From positions 5,190,001 to 5,222,000 of the forward strand of contig NC_003272.1 of assembly GCF_000009705.1 (NCBI RefSeq): 32,000 bases of DNA, read 5' to 3'. How positions within the stretch are numbered: position 1 is the first letter of the stretch; the number at the start of each line of letters is the position of its first letter. This DNA comes from Nostoc sp. PCC 7120 = FACHB-418 (GTDB taxonomy: Bacteria; Cyanobacteriota; Cyanobacteriia; Cyanobacteriales; Nostocaceae). The notes beneath the pieces were generated by a model that was not told the DNA's origin, did not search any database, and worked only from the letters and a program-made list of their open reading frames with translations. A program made the position numbers and the translations under genes. This document shows, piece by piece, positions 9,607 through 20,535 of the stretch.

Positions 9607-12600
9607 ATGAATGATAACTCGACGCATCAAAACCAACAAATCACGGCGAATAATAATTCAGGGGATACCTACCAGGGGCAAAGGTGGTTAGTAGAAGAAC
9701 GAGATGCCTGTGGTGTAGGTTTTATAGCTCATCGTCAAAATCATGGCAGTCACGAAATTGTGGCTAAAGCTTTAGCGGCTTTGACCTGTTTAGAACATCG
9801 GGGTGGTTGTAGTGCTGACCAAGATTCTGGTGACGGTGCAGGTATATTAACCGCTATTCCTTGGGAATTGTTGCAACAAGATTATCCCCAGGGACAGATA
9901 GACTTTTTGTCAAGCAAAAATATTGCTGTGGGCATGATCTTTTTGCCACAAGATGGAGAAGTTGCCCGAAAAGCCAAAGCCATTTTTGAGCAAATTGCCA
10001 CGGAAGAAAAATTTACTGTATTGGGCTGGCGAGTAGTTCCGGTACAACCTGATTTATTGGGGATACAGGCAAAAGAAAATCAACCCCGAATTGAGCAAGT
10101 TATATTGAGCGCCGATAACAGTGGTGATGCACTAGAAAGGCAACTTTTCATCGCCCGTAAGCGTCTATTCAAAGCGGTAAAAAGTATCTCTGAAGAATTT
10201 TACATTTGTTCTTTGTCCAGTCGCACAATTGTTTATAAGGGCATGGTGCGATCGGCAGTTTTAGGAGCATTTTATCTAGACCTACAAAATCCAGCTTATA
10301 AGAGCGCCTTTGCTGTTTATCACCGTCGCTTTAGTACGAATACTATGCCCAAGTGGCCATTAGCGCAACCCATGCGGCTATTGGGTCATAACGGGGAAAT
10401 TAATACCCTATTGGGAAATATTAACTGGATGATGGCTAGAGAAGCTAACTTGAGTCATCCCATTTGGGGCGATCGCTTTGACGAACTCAAGCCATCAGTT
10501 CTCATGGGAAACAGTGACTCGGCAACTCTCGATAACGTCCTCGAATTATTGGTGCATTCTGGGCGTAGCCCCTTGGAAGCCTTGATGATTATGGTTCCAG
10601 AAGCTTACCAAAATCAACCATCCTTGCGTAACTATCCCGAAATCATTGATTTTTACGAATATTACAGTGGTTTGCAAGAAGCATGGGACGGGCCAGCACT
10701 GTTGGTATTTGGGGATGGTAAAACAGTAGGTGCAACATTAGACCGGAATGGTTTAAGACCAGCTCGTTATCTCATTACCAAAGATGATTATATAGTGGTG
10801 GCTTCAGAAGCTGGGGTAGTAGATTTCCCAGAAGCAGACATTATTGAGAAAGGTAGACTAGGCCCTGGACAAATGATTGCGGTGGATTTAGTTAACCATG
10901 AAGTACTAAAAAATTGGGAAATTAAGCAGCGCATTGCCAAACAGCAACCTTATGGGGAATGGCTACAAAAGTACCGTCAAGAACTTAAGCAAGTTACCAT
11001 TCAGGTGAATGGTAACGGTAATGGTAATGGCAACGGTAATGGTAATGGTCATGTAACCACTGCGAAGATTGACAAAGAAACCTTACTGCGTAAGCAATTA
11101 GCCTTTGGTTACACCACAGAAGATGTGGAGATGGTGATTCAACCGATGGCCGCCACTGGTTCAGAACCGACTTTCTGTATGGGCGATGATATCCCCTTGG
11201 CAGTGCTGACAGACAAACCCCACTTGCTCTATGACTATTTCAAACAGCGTTTTGCCCAAGTAACCAACCCAGCAATTGACCCATTAAGGGAAAAGCTGGT
11301 GATGTCTTTGAAAGTGGAACTGGGCGAGAGAGGTAACTTATTGGAACCCAAGCCAGAATACGCTAGAAGACTGAAGCTGGAATCGCCAGTACTATTAGAG
11401 TCAGAATTGGCAGCGATTAAGCTATCGGGATTTGCTACGGCTGAATTGTCTACTTTGTTTGCGATCGCTAGTGGGCCAGATGGTCTAAAAGCAGCAGTCC
11501 TAGCCTTGCAACAACAAGCAGCTGAATCAGTCCGGGCTGGTGCGAAAATTCTAATTTTGAACGATCGCGCAGGTGAGGGTATCAGCACAGAATATAGTTA
11601 TATTCCGCCCCTATTAGCCGTGGGTGCAGTGCATCACTACTTAATTCGGGAAGGATTGCGAACGAAGACATCTTTAATTGTCAATACGGCTCAATGCTGG
11701 AGTACACACCATTTTGCTTGTTTAATTGGCTATGGCGCAGGTGCTGTTTGTCCTTACATGACGTTGGAGACAGTGCGGAATTGGTGGTCAGACCCTGCAA
11801 CCCAACAGTTCATGGAACGGGGTAAAATCACTAGCCTCTCATTAGAGCAAGCGATCGCCAACTATCGTAAAGCTGTAGAGTCAGGTTTGTTGAAGATTCT
11901 CTCAAAAATGGGAATTTCCCTCCTCTCCAGCTATCAAGCAGCGCAGATTTTTGAAGCCATCGGTATTGGTGGCGATTTGTTAGCTTTGGGATTCCAAGGA
12001 ACAGCTTCTCGCATTGGTGGCTTGAGTGTCAGCGAGTTAGCCCAAGAGGTCTTGTCCATCCACAGCAAGGCTTTCCCAGAACTAGCAACCCACAAGTTAG
12101 AAAACTTAGGGTTTGTCAACTACCGCCCTACCGGCGAGTATCACATGAACAACCCCAAGCTGGCAAAAGCGCTGCACGAAGCTGTAGATGGGAAGAAATA
12201 CGACCACTACGAAGTTTACAAACAGTACTTGCAAGACAGACCAATTACAGCCTTACGAGACTTGCTAGATTTCCACAGCGATCGCACCCCCATATCTCTA
12301 GAAGAAGTAGAATCAGTGAGCGATATTGTCAAGCGCTTCTGTACTGGAGGGATGTCCTTGGGTGCATTGTCACGGGAAGCCCACGAAGTATTAGCGATCG
12401 CCATGAACCGGATTGGTGGTAAATCCAACTCTGGTGAGGGTGGAGAAGACCCAGTACGTTACAAAGTATTAGATGATGTGGACGCATCGGGACACTCACC
12501 AACTCTGCCCCATTTGCGAGGTTTGCGGAACGGAGACACAGCTTCTAGTGCCATCAAGCAAGTCGCATCAGGACGCTTTGGTGTCACACCAGAGTATTTA

Positions 12601-14286
12601 GCCAGCGCCAGACAAATCGAAATCAAAATTGCCCAAGGTGCAAAACCAGGGGAAGGTGGACAGCTACCAGGGCCAAAGGTCAGCCAATACATTGCCATGT
12701 TACGGCGGTCTAAGCCTGGTGTAACCTTGATTTCACCACCACCGCACCATGATATTTATTCCATTGAAGACTTAGCACAGTTGATTTTTGACCTACACCA
12801 AATCAACCCTAAAGCCCAAGTATCAGTGAAATTGGTAGCAGAGATTGGTATTGGGACAATTGCGGCTGGTGTGGCGAAAGCCAATGCGGATATCATCCAA
12901 ATTTCTGGTCATGACGGTGGTACAGGTGCATCACCACTCTCATCCATTAAACACGCTGGTTCACCTTGGGAACTAGGTTTGAGTGAAGTGCATCGGGTAT
13001 TGATGGAAAATAGCCTGCGCGATCGCGTGGTTTTACGTGTAGATGGCGGTCTCAAGAGTGGTTGGGACGTGTTAATTGGGGCGTTGATGGGTGCAGAGGA
13101 ATTCGGCTTCGGTTCCATCGCCATGATTGCAGAAGGCTGTATTATGGCGAGAATCTGCCACACCAATAACTGTCCTGTAGGTGTTGCTTCCCAGAAAGAA
13201 GAATTACGCAAACGCTTTACAGGTATCCCCGAACACGTTGTTAATTTCTTCTACTTCGTTGCGGAAGAAGTGCGTCATCTGTTAGCAAAACTTGGCTATC
13301 GTTCTTTGTCGGAAATCATCGGCCGGGCTGACATCCTGACAACACGTAAAGACGTACAACTTCCCAAAACCCAAGCTATCAACCTCAACTGCTTACTCCA
13401 GCTACCAGACACCAAAGAAAATCGTAGTTGGTTGGTCCATGAACAAGTCCACAGCAACGGCCCAGTTGTGGATGACCAATTGCTGGCTGACCCTGATATT
13501 CAAGCAGCCATTCGCAACCAATCTGCTGTTACCAAAACCTTACCTATAGTCAATACTGACAGAACATTGGGAGCAAGACTAGCTGGGGCGATCGCTTCTC
13601 AATACGGTGATAGTGGTTTTGAGGGACAAATTAACCTTAATTTCACAGGTAGCGTCGGTCAAAGCTTTGGTGCTTTCAACCTCCCTGGTATTATTCTCAC
13701 CCTGAAGGGAGAAGCCAACGACTACGTAGGTAAAGGAATGCATGGTGGTGAAATTATTATCAAACCACCAACCGAGGCTACTTATGATCCTGCACAAAAC
13801 GTCATTGTGGGTAATACCTGTCTCTACGGTGCTACAGGTGGGGTATTGTTTGCCAATGGTTTAGGCGGAGAACGCTTTGCTGTACGTAACTCTAAAGGTG
13901 TAGCCGTAATTGAAGGTACTGGTGATCACTGCTGCGAGTATATGACAGGTGGCACAATTGTCGTCCTTGGCAAAGTAGGACGCAACGTAGCTGCGGGGAT
14001 GACTGGTGGGTTAGCTTACTTCTTAGATGAAGATGGTTTATTCCCTGAATTAGTTAACCGGGAAATCGTGAAAATTCAACGGGTGCTAACCACAGCCGGG
14101 GAGAAACAACTGCAAGACTTAATTCAAGCTCATGCAGAACGTACAGGTTCGCCAAAAGCTCAAATGATCTTAGACAATTGGCAGGAATACTTGCCTAAAT
14201 TCTGGCAACTAGTACCACCTTCAGAGGCTGAAAGCCCAGAAGCTAACCCCCAAGCTGTAGTAGAGAAATATCTGAGTTCTGTCTAG
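9607..14286 (+). CDS. glsF: Ferredoxin-dependent glutamate synthase (single-chain Fd-GOGAT)
   Basis: About 1560 aa. It has the class-II amidotransferase Cys after a short propeptide ([11 protein letters not shown]), a [11 protein letters not shown] cluster region, and a C-terminal GXGXG domain ([13 protein letters not shown]). No NADPH small-subunit gene is adjacent. The track starts at GTG 9568. I prefer ATG 9607 (MNDNST...), which has AGGAA about 9 nt upstream. Confidence 0.95.
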   Translation: MNDNSTHQNQQITANNNSGDTYQGQRWLVEERDACGVGFIAHRQNHGSHEIVAKALAALTCLEHRGGCSADQDSGDGAGILTAIPWELLQQDYPQGQIDFLSSKNIAVGMIFLPQDGEVARKAKAIFEQIATEEKFTVLGWRVVPVQPDLLGIQAKENQPRIEQVILSADNSGDALERQLFIARKRLFKAVKSISEEFYICSLSSRTIVYKGMVRSAVLGAFYLDLQNPAYKSAFAVYHRRFSTNTMPKWPLAQPMRLLGHNGEINTLLGNINWMMAREANLSHPIWGDRFDELKPSVLMGNSDSATLDNVLELLVHSGRSPLEALMIMVPEAYQNQPSLRNYPEIIDFYEYYSGLQEAWDGPALLVFGDGKTVGATLDRNGLRPARYLITKDDYIVVASEAGVVDFPEADIIEKGRLGPGQMIAVDLVNHEVLKNWEIKQRIAKQQPYGEWLQKYRQELKQVTIQVNGNGNGNGNGNGNGHVTTAKIDKETLLRKQLAFGYTTEDVEMVIQPMAATGSEPTFCMGDDIPLAVLTDKPHLLYDYFKQRFAQVTNPAIDPLREKLVMSLKVELGERGNLLEPKPEYARRLKLESPVLLESELAAIKLSGFATAELSTLFAIASGPDGLKAAVLALQQQAAESVRAGAKILILNDRAGEGISTEYSYIPPLLAVGAVHHYLIREGLRTKTSLIVNTAQCWSTHHFACLIGYGAGAVCPYMTLETVRNWWSDPATQQFMERGKITSLSLEQAIANYRKAVESGLLKILSKMGISLLSSYQAAQIFEAIGIGGDLLALGFQGTASRIGGLSVSELAQEVLSIHSKAFPELATHKLENLGFVNYRPTGEYHMNNPKLAKALHEAVDGKKYDHYEVYKQYLQDRPITALRDLLDFHSDRTPISLEEVESVSDIVKRFCTGGMSLGALSREAHEVLAIAMNRIGGKSNSGEGGEDPVRYKVLDDVDASGHSPTLPHLRGLRNGDTASSAIKQVASGRFGVTPEYLASARQIEIKIAQGAKPGEGGQLPGPKVSQYIAMLRRSKPGVTLISPPPHHDIYSIEDLAQLIFDLHQINPKAQVSVKLVAEIGIGTIAAGVAKANADIIQISGHDGGTGASPLSSIKHAGSPWELGLSEVHRVLMENSLRDRVVLRVDGGLKSGWDVLIGALMGAEEFGFGSIAMIAEGCIMARICHTNNCPVGVASQKEELRKRFTGIPEHVVNFFYFVAEEVRHLLAKLGYRSLSEIIGRADILTTRKDVQLPKTQAINLNCLLQLPDTKENRSWLVHEQVHSNGPVVDDQLLADPDIQAAIRNQSAVTKTLPIVNTDRTLGARLAGAIASQYGDSGFEGQINLNFTGSVGQSFGAFNLPGIILTLKGEANDYVGKGMHGGEIIIKPPTEATYDPAQNVIVGNTCLYGATGGVLFANGLGGERFAVRNSKGVAVIEGTGDHCCEYMTGGTIVVLGKVGRNVAAGMTGGLAYFLDEDGLFPELVNREIVKIQRVLTTAGEKQLQDLIQAHAERTGSPKAQMILDNWQEYLPKFWQLVPPSEAESPEANPQAVVEKYLSSV
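11008..11049 (+). repeat. In-frame hexanucleotide microsatellite (AAY GGY)x7 encoding (Asn-Gly)7 inside glsF
   Basis: The sequence reads aatggt aacggt aatggt aatggc aacggt aatggt aatggt. The protein reads [18 protein letters not shown]. Confidence 0.9.
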
Positions 14287-14330
14287 TGATTGGTTATTAG
14301 TAGGTTAACAGTTACTTTTGACTATTAGCT

Positions 14331-14363
14331 AAAAAAAAGACGCGATGTATCGCGTCTTTTTTT
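14331..14363. terminator. Bidirectional intrinsic terminator between convergent glsF and the deacetylase gene
   Basis: AAAAAAAA, then stem GACGCGA, loop TGTA, stem TCGCGTC, then TTTTTTT. The A-tract upstream and T-tract downstream give a hairpin plus U-run on both strands. Confidence 0.85.
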
Positions 14364-14371
14364 ATTACAAA

Positions 14372-15289
14372 TTACTTTTGATTAGCAATTAATTTTTCAT
14401 CTTTATCTTGCATTTCTAAGAGTTCGGGAACAGTTACAAAACTGTAACCTTGCTTGCGAAATCTAGCAATAATTTCTGGTAATGCTTGTACAGTTTGAGT
14501 CCGATTACCACCACCGTCGTGCATAAGTACAATCCCACCAGGTTTTGCTAGTCTAAACACATTATTAATTAACCGTGGTACGCTGGGACGTGAGTAGTCA
14601 ATTGAGTCTGATGACCACATGATCACCGCATACTTATTATTTCTGGCATAGGAGACTAGTCCATTATTCATCATGCCTCCCGGTGGACGAAATAAGTCTG
14701 TTTTCACACCTGTTATTTGATATATAAGGTTTGTTGTATTATTAACTTCATAAGCTGCTACCTGAGGATTCATGAAATGATACCAATGATGCCAAGTATG
14801 ATTGCCGATGGCGTGTCCTTCAGCAGCCACCCTTCTTAATAAATCTGGGTAATTTTTTACGTTTTGTCCAACGACAAAAAACGTTGCTTTAATATTATTT
14901 TGTTTAAGAATATCTAATACTTGTGTAGTACTTTCAGGCCAAGGACCGTCATCAAAAGTAAGTGCAATGACTTTCTGTCCGTGGGTGAGTTTTGCTGTTT
15001 TGATAGTCGCACCTTGAAAACGAGACGGAACAGCATAAGACAAACCCTTAGTTTTTGCTTCTTGCTGCCAACTAGTCAGCATCATCGATTTGAATTTCTC
15101 AATTCGCTGCCGAGTTCCTGCTTTAGCGGGTGTAGTAGTTATGTTGATATTGTTGATATTGACTCTGCTTTGTGCGTCTGATGCGTTTGGTTTGAGCAAC
15201 ATCATCACACCAACACTCAAACTAGCACTGAGAGCTAATAATGCAAATAATATTCCTTGTGGCCAAAGAAAAGACTTATTGTTTTCCAC
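14372..15289 (-). CDS. Polysaccharide deacetylase (NodB homology domain, CE4), N-terminally anchored or secreted
   Basis: 305 aa with NodB motifs TFDDGP, NHTWHH and RPPGG. An N-terminal hydrophobic segment (GILFALLALSASLSVGVMMLL) suggests membrane anchoring or secretion. Confidence 0.85.
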   Translation of the reverse strand: MENNKSFLWPQGILFALLALSASLSVGVMMLLKPNASDAQSRVNINNINITTTPAKAGTRQRIEKFKSMMLTSWQQEAKTKGLSYAVPSRFQGATIKTAKLTHGQKVIALTFDDGPWPESTTQVLDILKQNNIKATFFVVGQNVKNYPDLLRRVAAEGHAIGNHTWHHWYHFMNPQVAAYEVNNTTNLIYQITGVKTDLFRPPGGMMNNGLVSYARNNKYAVIMWSSDSIDYSRPSVPRLINNVFRLAKPGGIVLMHDGGGNRTQTVQALPEIIARFRKQGYSFVTVPELLEMQDKDEKLIANQK

Positions 15290-16502
15290 TTCATAGCTCC
15301 TTCAGGGGTAGAATTCTTTGTGACGATGACGACAGTAACTTTTTACACATTTCTGTATTAACATTTAAATACTGAGCTAATTTCTATTAATCCTGAAATT
15401 TTTAATACAAATTAAAGGAAATTTAAAAATATACCAGCTATAGCTGATTTAGGTTGGCTTCATACACTAAATCAGCCAATAGGATAGGCTAATAATCTAT
15501 GTAGTAACTGCTATTGTTGAATATCATAAATAAACTTATCCTCACTGTGTGGAGCTTATGTTTCTACTTGTGAAGTATAGTTACCAAAGATATGGGTTAG
15601 ATTTTAGCTTTTAGACAATGGATATAAACGTCTTAGCTAAGATATGAAAAGCCATCAAATTTTCGGTATTCTCCAATAGAAAAATTACTATCATTCAATG
15701 TTGTTAAGTGATGAAGTTTCTCACTTCTTACTGAGTCATAATCCTGCTGCATTGCATAGATTTTAAGCAAACAGAAGCAAAGACAATTCTTGAGTTATAT
15801 TAATTCATTTATTCAAACGTCTAATAGAACACAGCAATTTCTTGGTTAATTTTGTGAAACTTCATGAGCGATAAAGACTAGATATTCGATCACCTAAAAA
15901 ATGCTGTATAAGGTCGCTTGTTGATAAGAAATATTTTACTGCTAACTACCATGTTTACCTTTTAAAGAAAAAATTAAGTTTTGAGTTAAATGAATGCCTT
16001 TTAACTTTGTTATCCAGCAGATAGACGACACTCGCCTAAACATAGTTTCGCATTACCAATAAGTTTAGATTAGTTAATCTATATACTCTTTGAGATATTC
16101 ATGCAAAATTAATGATTAAATACTGAATCTTATGTATAAAAATACTTTAATTATTCAATATATGGGATCAGTAAAAATTTTGTTAGCTTGATAATTGCTA
16201 TTTCAAGTCTCTAGCAAATTAATGTTACTATCCTATTAATATAAAAATTAGATATATGTCGTTACAGTATATTTACTGAAATTGTCTAAAATTCTCAATA
16301 TTTAACCACTACGATGGTGTGACCTGACCAGCTTAAAATCTTTTTTTAATTGACCCACACATATATAGTAAGATTTGTGACGTTGAACGAATAAGAGGCG
16401 ATCGCTGGCCTTTTCTGTAACTTAGGATACTTATTATTCATTGCCAGTGAATTGGCAAGGCTAACTAACAATCGTTAGTTGTACTAATATTTTGCCGTAA
16501 AT

Positions 16503-18941
16503 ATGAATTACTCAGATGCTTCTAAAATCAAAAGAGACTATATCATCCTGTTGATAATTTTTTTTGTCACATTATTCATAGATAGAATTTGGTTTTTCAT
16601 AGATGACTCTATTCCCGCCTATGATCAAAGCGCACATCTAACAACTGTATTGCACCATTATCGAATTTTTCAAAACTTCAATATTTTTTCTGGTGACTGG
16701 TGGTTATCGCTGTGGGAAATAACCCCTAGTTATCGCGCTCCTTTTGTATATATTTGTACCGTTCCATTCTTATTTTTATTTGGCAGGGGATATGACCAAG
16801 CAAGTTTAGTAAACCTTTTATATACAGCTATCATTATTGTTTCAGTTTATAGTTTAGGCATTTATTTATTTAAAAATCGAAAAACTGCTATAACAGCCAG
16901 TATATTTTGTTTACTATTTCCTGTATTGGGAATTATACGAACAGACTATTTATTAGACTATGGATTAACAGCAATTATCGCCCTAACATTCACTATATTA
17001 ACTATTTGGAAAGACAGAAAAACAGGCTTTTCCGCGTGGTTATTAACCTTGGGCTTAGGAATAAGTTTAGGGTTGATTATGTTAGCAAAACCCACAGGAT
17101 TTATTTTTATTTTTATTCCTGGGATACTGACATTAATTAGCTTTGTTAGAAAAGGTAGTTATCTAAAGTTAATCCAATCAGGTTTATCTTTGATAGTAGC
17201 TTGGCTAGTTTGTGGTTTTTGGTACGGTTTAAATTGGTTAACTATTATTACATCCGCGTTAAATGCTAATAGAGTAGGTCAAAGAGAAGGTGATCCTCCA
17301 GCTACAACCATAGCCGGATGGTTGGTTTACCCACAAATGATCCCAGACACTATTGGCTTACCGATATTATTTGTCAGTATAGGTACTTTACTAGTTTATT
17401 TGTGGCAAAATAAATTTGATTTTCATGTAATTAAAAATAAGTGGCATCAGTCCAGTTTAAATTGGTTAATCATTTTTTTGCTGAGTAGCTATGTAATTTG
17501 CTCTCTTGGTACTAATAAGGATATTAGGTTTATTCTGCCTTGTTTTCCGATAATCAGTCTAATTCTGTCTTATTTTTGTAATTTGATTGATAATAAATGG
17601 TTTAGTAGACTCCGAATAACGACTATTGGTCTAAGTTTCATAGTTTTACTCAATAGTTTATTCCCTCTACCCATTATTCAAGGATGGGGAATTAAGCATT
17701 TTCCTAATGATGAGGCAACAAAATATCCACTTTCCCAACTAATAGGCAAAATTAACCAAATAAATCCATACTTAAGGTCAGCTTTAGGCGTTATTCCAGT
17801 TTCAACACCTCAAGTCAATCAGTTTACTTTAGATTATTTTGGGACATTAGCTGATTTTCTAGTATATAGCAGGAAATTGACGACGCAATTATCTCAAGTT
17901 GAGCAGGATTTAGAGTATTTTTCTTGGTATGTTACTAGAGAAAATGAACCTGATGAACCTGGAGAAAGGGGAGAAACTAAAAGAAAATTGAAATCTTTAG
18001 TAGAATCTTCTAAAGATTTAAAATTGCAGGATGAGTGGCAATTGCCCCAAGATGATAAATTACGATTGTACCACCGCATAAATCCTGCTGTAGTCGTTGA
18101 AAATTTAAATAGCGGTGATTCTCAAGTTATTTTAAAACAAGTTATAACTGCTAACAATTTTGTGAAAGATCAGAATAATCCAGTTACTTATAAAATAACA
18201 GGCGCTTGGGATGAATTACAAAATGGGTTATTACTATTAAAATGGCAAAATGAAGAATCATCATTTTATCATGACCACGCGATCGCTCTAGGTAACTTAT
18301 ATTGTGGTCTTCAATGCCATCCTCAAGGAATTTTTCAGATAACAGAAAATCTCTCCGCATTTATTCCCAAAAATGTTGCTTTAGGAAAATATCAACTATC
18401 AGCACTATATTTAGATAGAAGAAATGGTAAAGTTACACCGTTGAATATCGCTAATATTACCGTAAATGTGTCCGATACGGGGATAGTAGAAAAAGCACCA
18501 GCTTTAGATTTAGTTTCTAGGATGTCCCAATTAGGATTAGAATTACAAAAGGGTAAATTAGATAATATATTTGAGCAGATATCTAATTTTAATCAATATG
18601 ATCCTACTCAAGATTACTTAAAACAAATTGAATTTGCAGCCATTTATCATCTGCAAAATGAGCCGAATAATTTAAACTGGCGTTATACTTTGGTGCTGTC
18701 ACAACTTTTACAAAGGAAAGTTCCAGATTTAATCGAAAATTTAACCCAGTTAACTCAATATGATAAACAAAACCCTTATGTGTGGCTGTATCTAGCATTT
18801 GTTTATTTGTATGACTTTCAACCCAGACAAGCTGAGGCAAAATTAGCGATCGCCGAACAGTTACAAGCAGACATACCAGAATTAAAAACACTGAAAACGG
18901 TGACAAATATTATGAAATTCCTGCCATTATTCCACTTCTAA
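16503..18941 (+). CDS. Polytopic GT-C-type glycosyltransferase (PMT_2/ArnT-like N-terminal half) with a soluble C-terminal half of about 400 aa ending in TPR-like helices
   Basis: 812 aa. The first ~400 aa are strongly hydrophobic multi-span, with a first-loop acidic motif (IPAYDQSAHL) and MLAKPTGFIF, similar to the DE...LTKG pattern of ArnT/PMT enzymes. The remainder is hydrophilic. It is separated by 22 nt from the next GT-C gene. Confidence 0.55.
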   Translation: MNYSDASKIKRDYIILLIIFFVTLFIDRIWFFIDDSIPAYDQSAHLTTVLHHYRIFQNFNIFSGDWWLSLWEITPSYRAPFVYICTVPFLFLFGRGYDQASLVNLLYTAIIIVSVYSLGIYLFKNRKTAITASIFCLLFPVLGIIRTDYLLDYGLTAIIALTFTILTIWKDRKTGFSAWLLTLGLGISLGLIMLAKPTGFIFIFIPGILTLISFVRKGSYLKLIQSGLSLIVAWLVCGFWYGLNWLTIITSALNANRVGQREGDPPATTIAGWLVYPQMIPDTIGLPILFVSIGTLLVYLWQNKFDFHVIKNKWHQSSLNWLIIFLLSSYVICSLGTNKDIRFILPCFPIISLILSYFCNLIDNKWFSRLRITTIGLSFIVLLNSLFPLPIIQGWGIKHFPNDEATKYPLSQLIGKINQINPYLRSALGVIPVSTPQVNQFTLDYFGTLADFLVYSRKLTTQLSQVEQDLEYFSWYVTRENEPDEPGERGETKRKLKSLVESSKDLKLQDEWQLPQDDKLRLYHRINPAVVVENLNSGDSQVILKQVITANNFVKDQNNPVTYKITGAWDELQNGLLLLKWQNEESSFYHDHAIALGNLYCGLQCHPQGIFQITENLSAFIPKNVALGKYQLSALYLDRRNGKVTPLNIANITVNVSDTGIVEKAPALDLVSRMSQLGLELQKGKLDNIFEQISNFNQYDPTQDYLKQIEFAAIYHLQNEPNNLNWRYTLVLSQLLQRKVPDLIENLTQLTQYDKQNPYVWLYLAFVYLYDFQPRQAEAKLAIAEQLQADIPELKTLKTVTNIMKFLPLFHF

Positions 18942-18963
18942 AACATCGGCTAAAAGTTTTAAT

Positions 18964-20511
18964 ATGCGCCCAATCACACAAAGAAAATTACTATTAGTTT
19001 TGTTGGTTGCTGCTTTGGCTTTGTGGCTCACATTTTTAGGTAACTTACCTTTAAGAGATTGGGACGAGGGTACTATAGCACAGGTCGCTCGTGACATTTG
19101 GCAGGCTCCAGTTGGTTCTATGCGTTGGCTTTATCCCACCTTGGCGGGGGAGGCTTATCATAACAAACCCCCTCTAATGCACGTATTAATTGCTTGGGCT
19201 TACTCTATTGGAGGTGTCAATGAATGGACAACACGTTTTCCTGGCGCATTTATCACTGCCTTGGGAGTACCTTTATTGTACTTGTTAGGGCGATCGCTTT
19301 TTAACCGCAGTTTACCAGCTTTGTTTGCGGCATTAGTTTATTTAACTATGTTGCCTGTGGTACGCCACGGAAGACTAGCAATGTTGGATGGTACGCTTAT
19401 TACCTTTTTCTTATTCGTTTTGTTTTGTCTAGTAAAAGCCCGCCAAAATCAAAAATATGCCTTAGGTGTGGGTATCGGTTTAGGGCTAATTGCTCTAACT
19501 AAAGGGATGATGGTTTTGCTATTAGGCGGAATTGCTGGTTTGTTTCTTTTAGCAGATAGACAATTAATTTTATTAACTAGCCCCTATTTATGGTCAGGTC
19601 TATTTTTAGGAAGTGCGCCAGCGATCGCCTGGTATATTGCTCAATGGCAACATTATGGAGGTAGTTTTTTAGAAACCAATTTGCAATCACAAACCTTTAA
19701 TCGGCTTTTTCAACCTGTAGAAGGACATAGCGGCCCACCTTGGTACTACGTACTGGAAATACTCAAATATGGTTTTCCTTGGCTATTGTTTTTACCAGGA
19801 GGACTTTATTTAGCTGCAAAAAAGCGTGATACTTCTTGGGGTTGTTTAATTCTTGTCGGGACAATTGTCTATTTGGTAAGTATTTCTGTGATGAGAACTA
19901 AACTACCTTGGTACGTTATGCCAATATATCCATTTTTGGCTTTGGCTATTGGTGCTAAATTAGCTGATGTTTGGCAGTACCATCATGTTAAATCAACAAC
20001 TTGGGTAGTATTATTTGTCATACTGGCGATCGCAGGTTTAGGCGGCTGCATTTACTTTGTGGCTACTGAACCTCAGCCTGTCCTAATTGCCATGAGTCTT
20101 GTCTTAGCCGTGAGTATGTCTACGGTAGCATGGCTGATTAATCAAGGCGATCGCAACTTTATTCCAGTTTTATTTGCAGGGATGTATTTAGTTTTAACTA
20201 TGTTCGTAAGTTCCCAGTCATGGATTTGGGAATTAAACGAAGCATTTCCAGTCAAACCAGTTGCCGCATTAATCCGCCAATACGTTTCACCAGGCACCAA
20301 GATTTATACTTCTTTTGCCTATAATCGCCCTAGTCTAGATTTTTACTGTGATTGTCAAGTTCTGACTAAGCCATCCATTTCCCAGCAAATCGGAAGCAAT
20401 AATCATTATTTGCTTTTGGATAATACAATTTTAGAAAAGATCAACTTATCTAGAAACGAAATTTTAGGAACTGTTGAAAACTTTACTTTGATTGCTCCCG
20501 CTAAAAATTAA
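18964..20511 (+). CDS. GT-C glycosyltransferase, ArnT/PMT family (GT39/GT83-like, polyprenyl-phosphate-sugar dependent)
   Basis: 515 aa and multi-span. PLRDWDEGTIAQVARDIW, HNKPPL and ALTKGMMVLLLGG match the conserved first-loop DE and TKG motifs of ArnT-like enzymes. Confidence 0.75.
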   Translation: MRPITQRKLLLVLLVAALALWLTFLGNLPLRDWDEGTIAQVARDIWQAPVGSMRWLYPTLAGEAYHNKPPLMHVLIAWAYSIGGVNEWTTRFPGAFITALGVPLLYLLGRSLFNRSLPALFAALVYLTMLPVVRHGRLAMLDGTLITFFLFVLFCLVKARQNQKYALGVGIGLGLIALTKGMMVLLLGGIAGLFLLADRQLILLTSPYLWSGLFLGSAPAIAWYIAQWQHYGGSFLETNLQSQTFNRLFQPVEGHSGPPWYYVLEILKYGFPWLLFLPGGLYLAAKKRDTSWGCLILVGTIVYLVSISVMRTKLPWYVMPIYPFLALAIGAKLADVWQYHHVKSTTWVVLFVILAIAGLGGCIYFVATEPQPVLIAMSLVLAVSMSTVAWLINQGDRNFIPVLFAGMYLVLTMFVSSQSWIWELNEAFPVKPVAALIRQYVSPGTKIYTSFAYNRPSLDFYCDCQVLTKPSISQQIGSNNHYLLLDNTILEKINLSRNEILGTVENFTLIAPAKN

Positions 20512-20535
20512 TTTGGTTAAAAATCGAATAATTCG

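Noticed and set aside
16416-16429. A GTA-N8-TAC match (TGTAACTTAGGATACT) upstream of the 812-aa GT-C gene, considered as an NtcA activation site.
   Set aside because: The 6 specified bases are expected several times by chance in 32 kb. I could not find a TAN3T -10 box at the canonical spacing of about 22 nt downstream. I mention it only as context within the AT-rich spacer finding.
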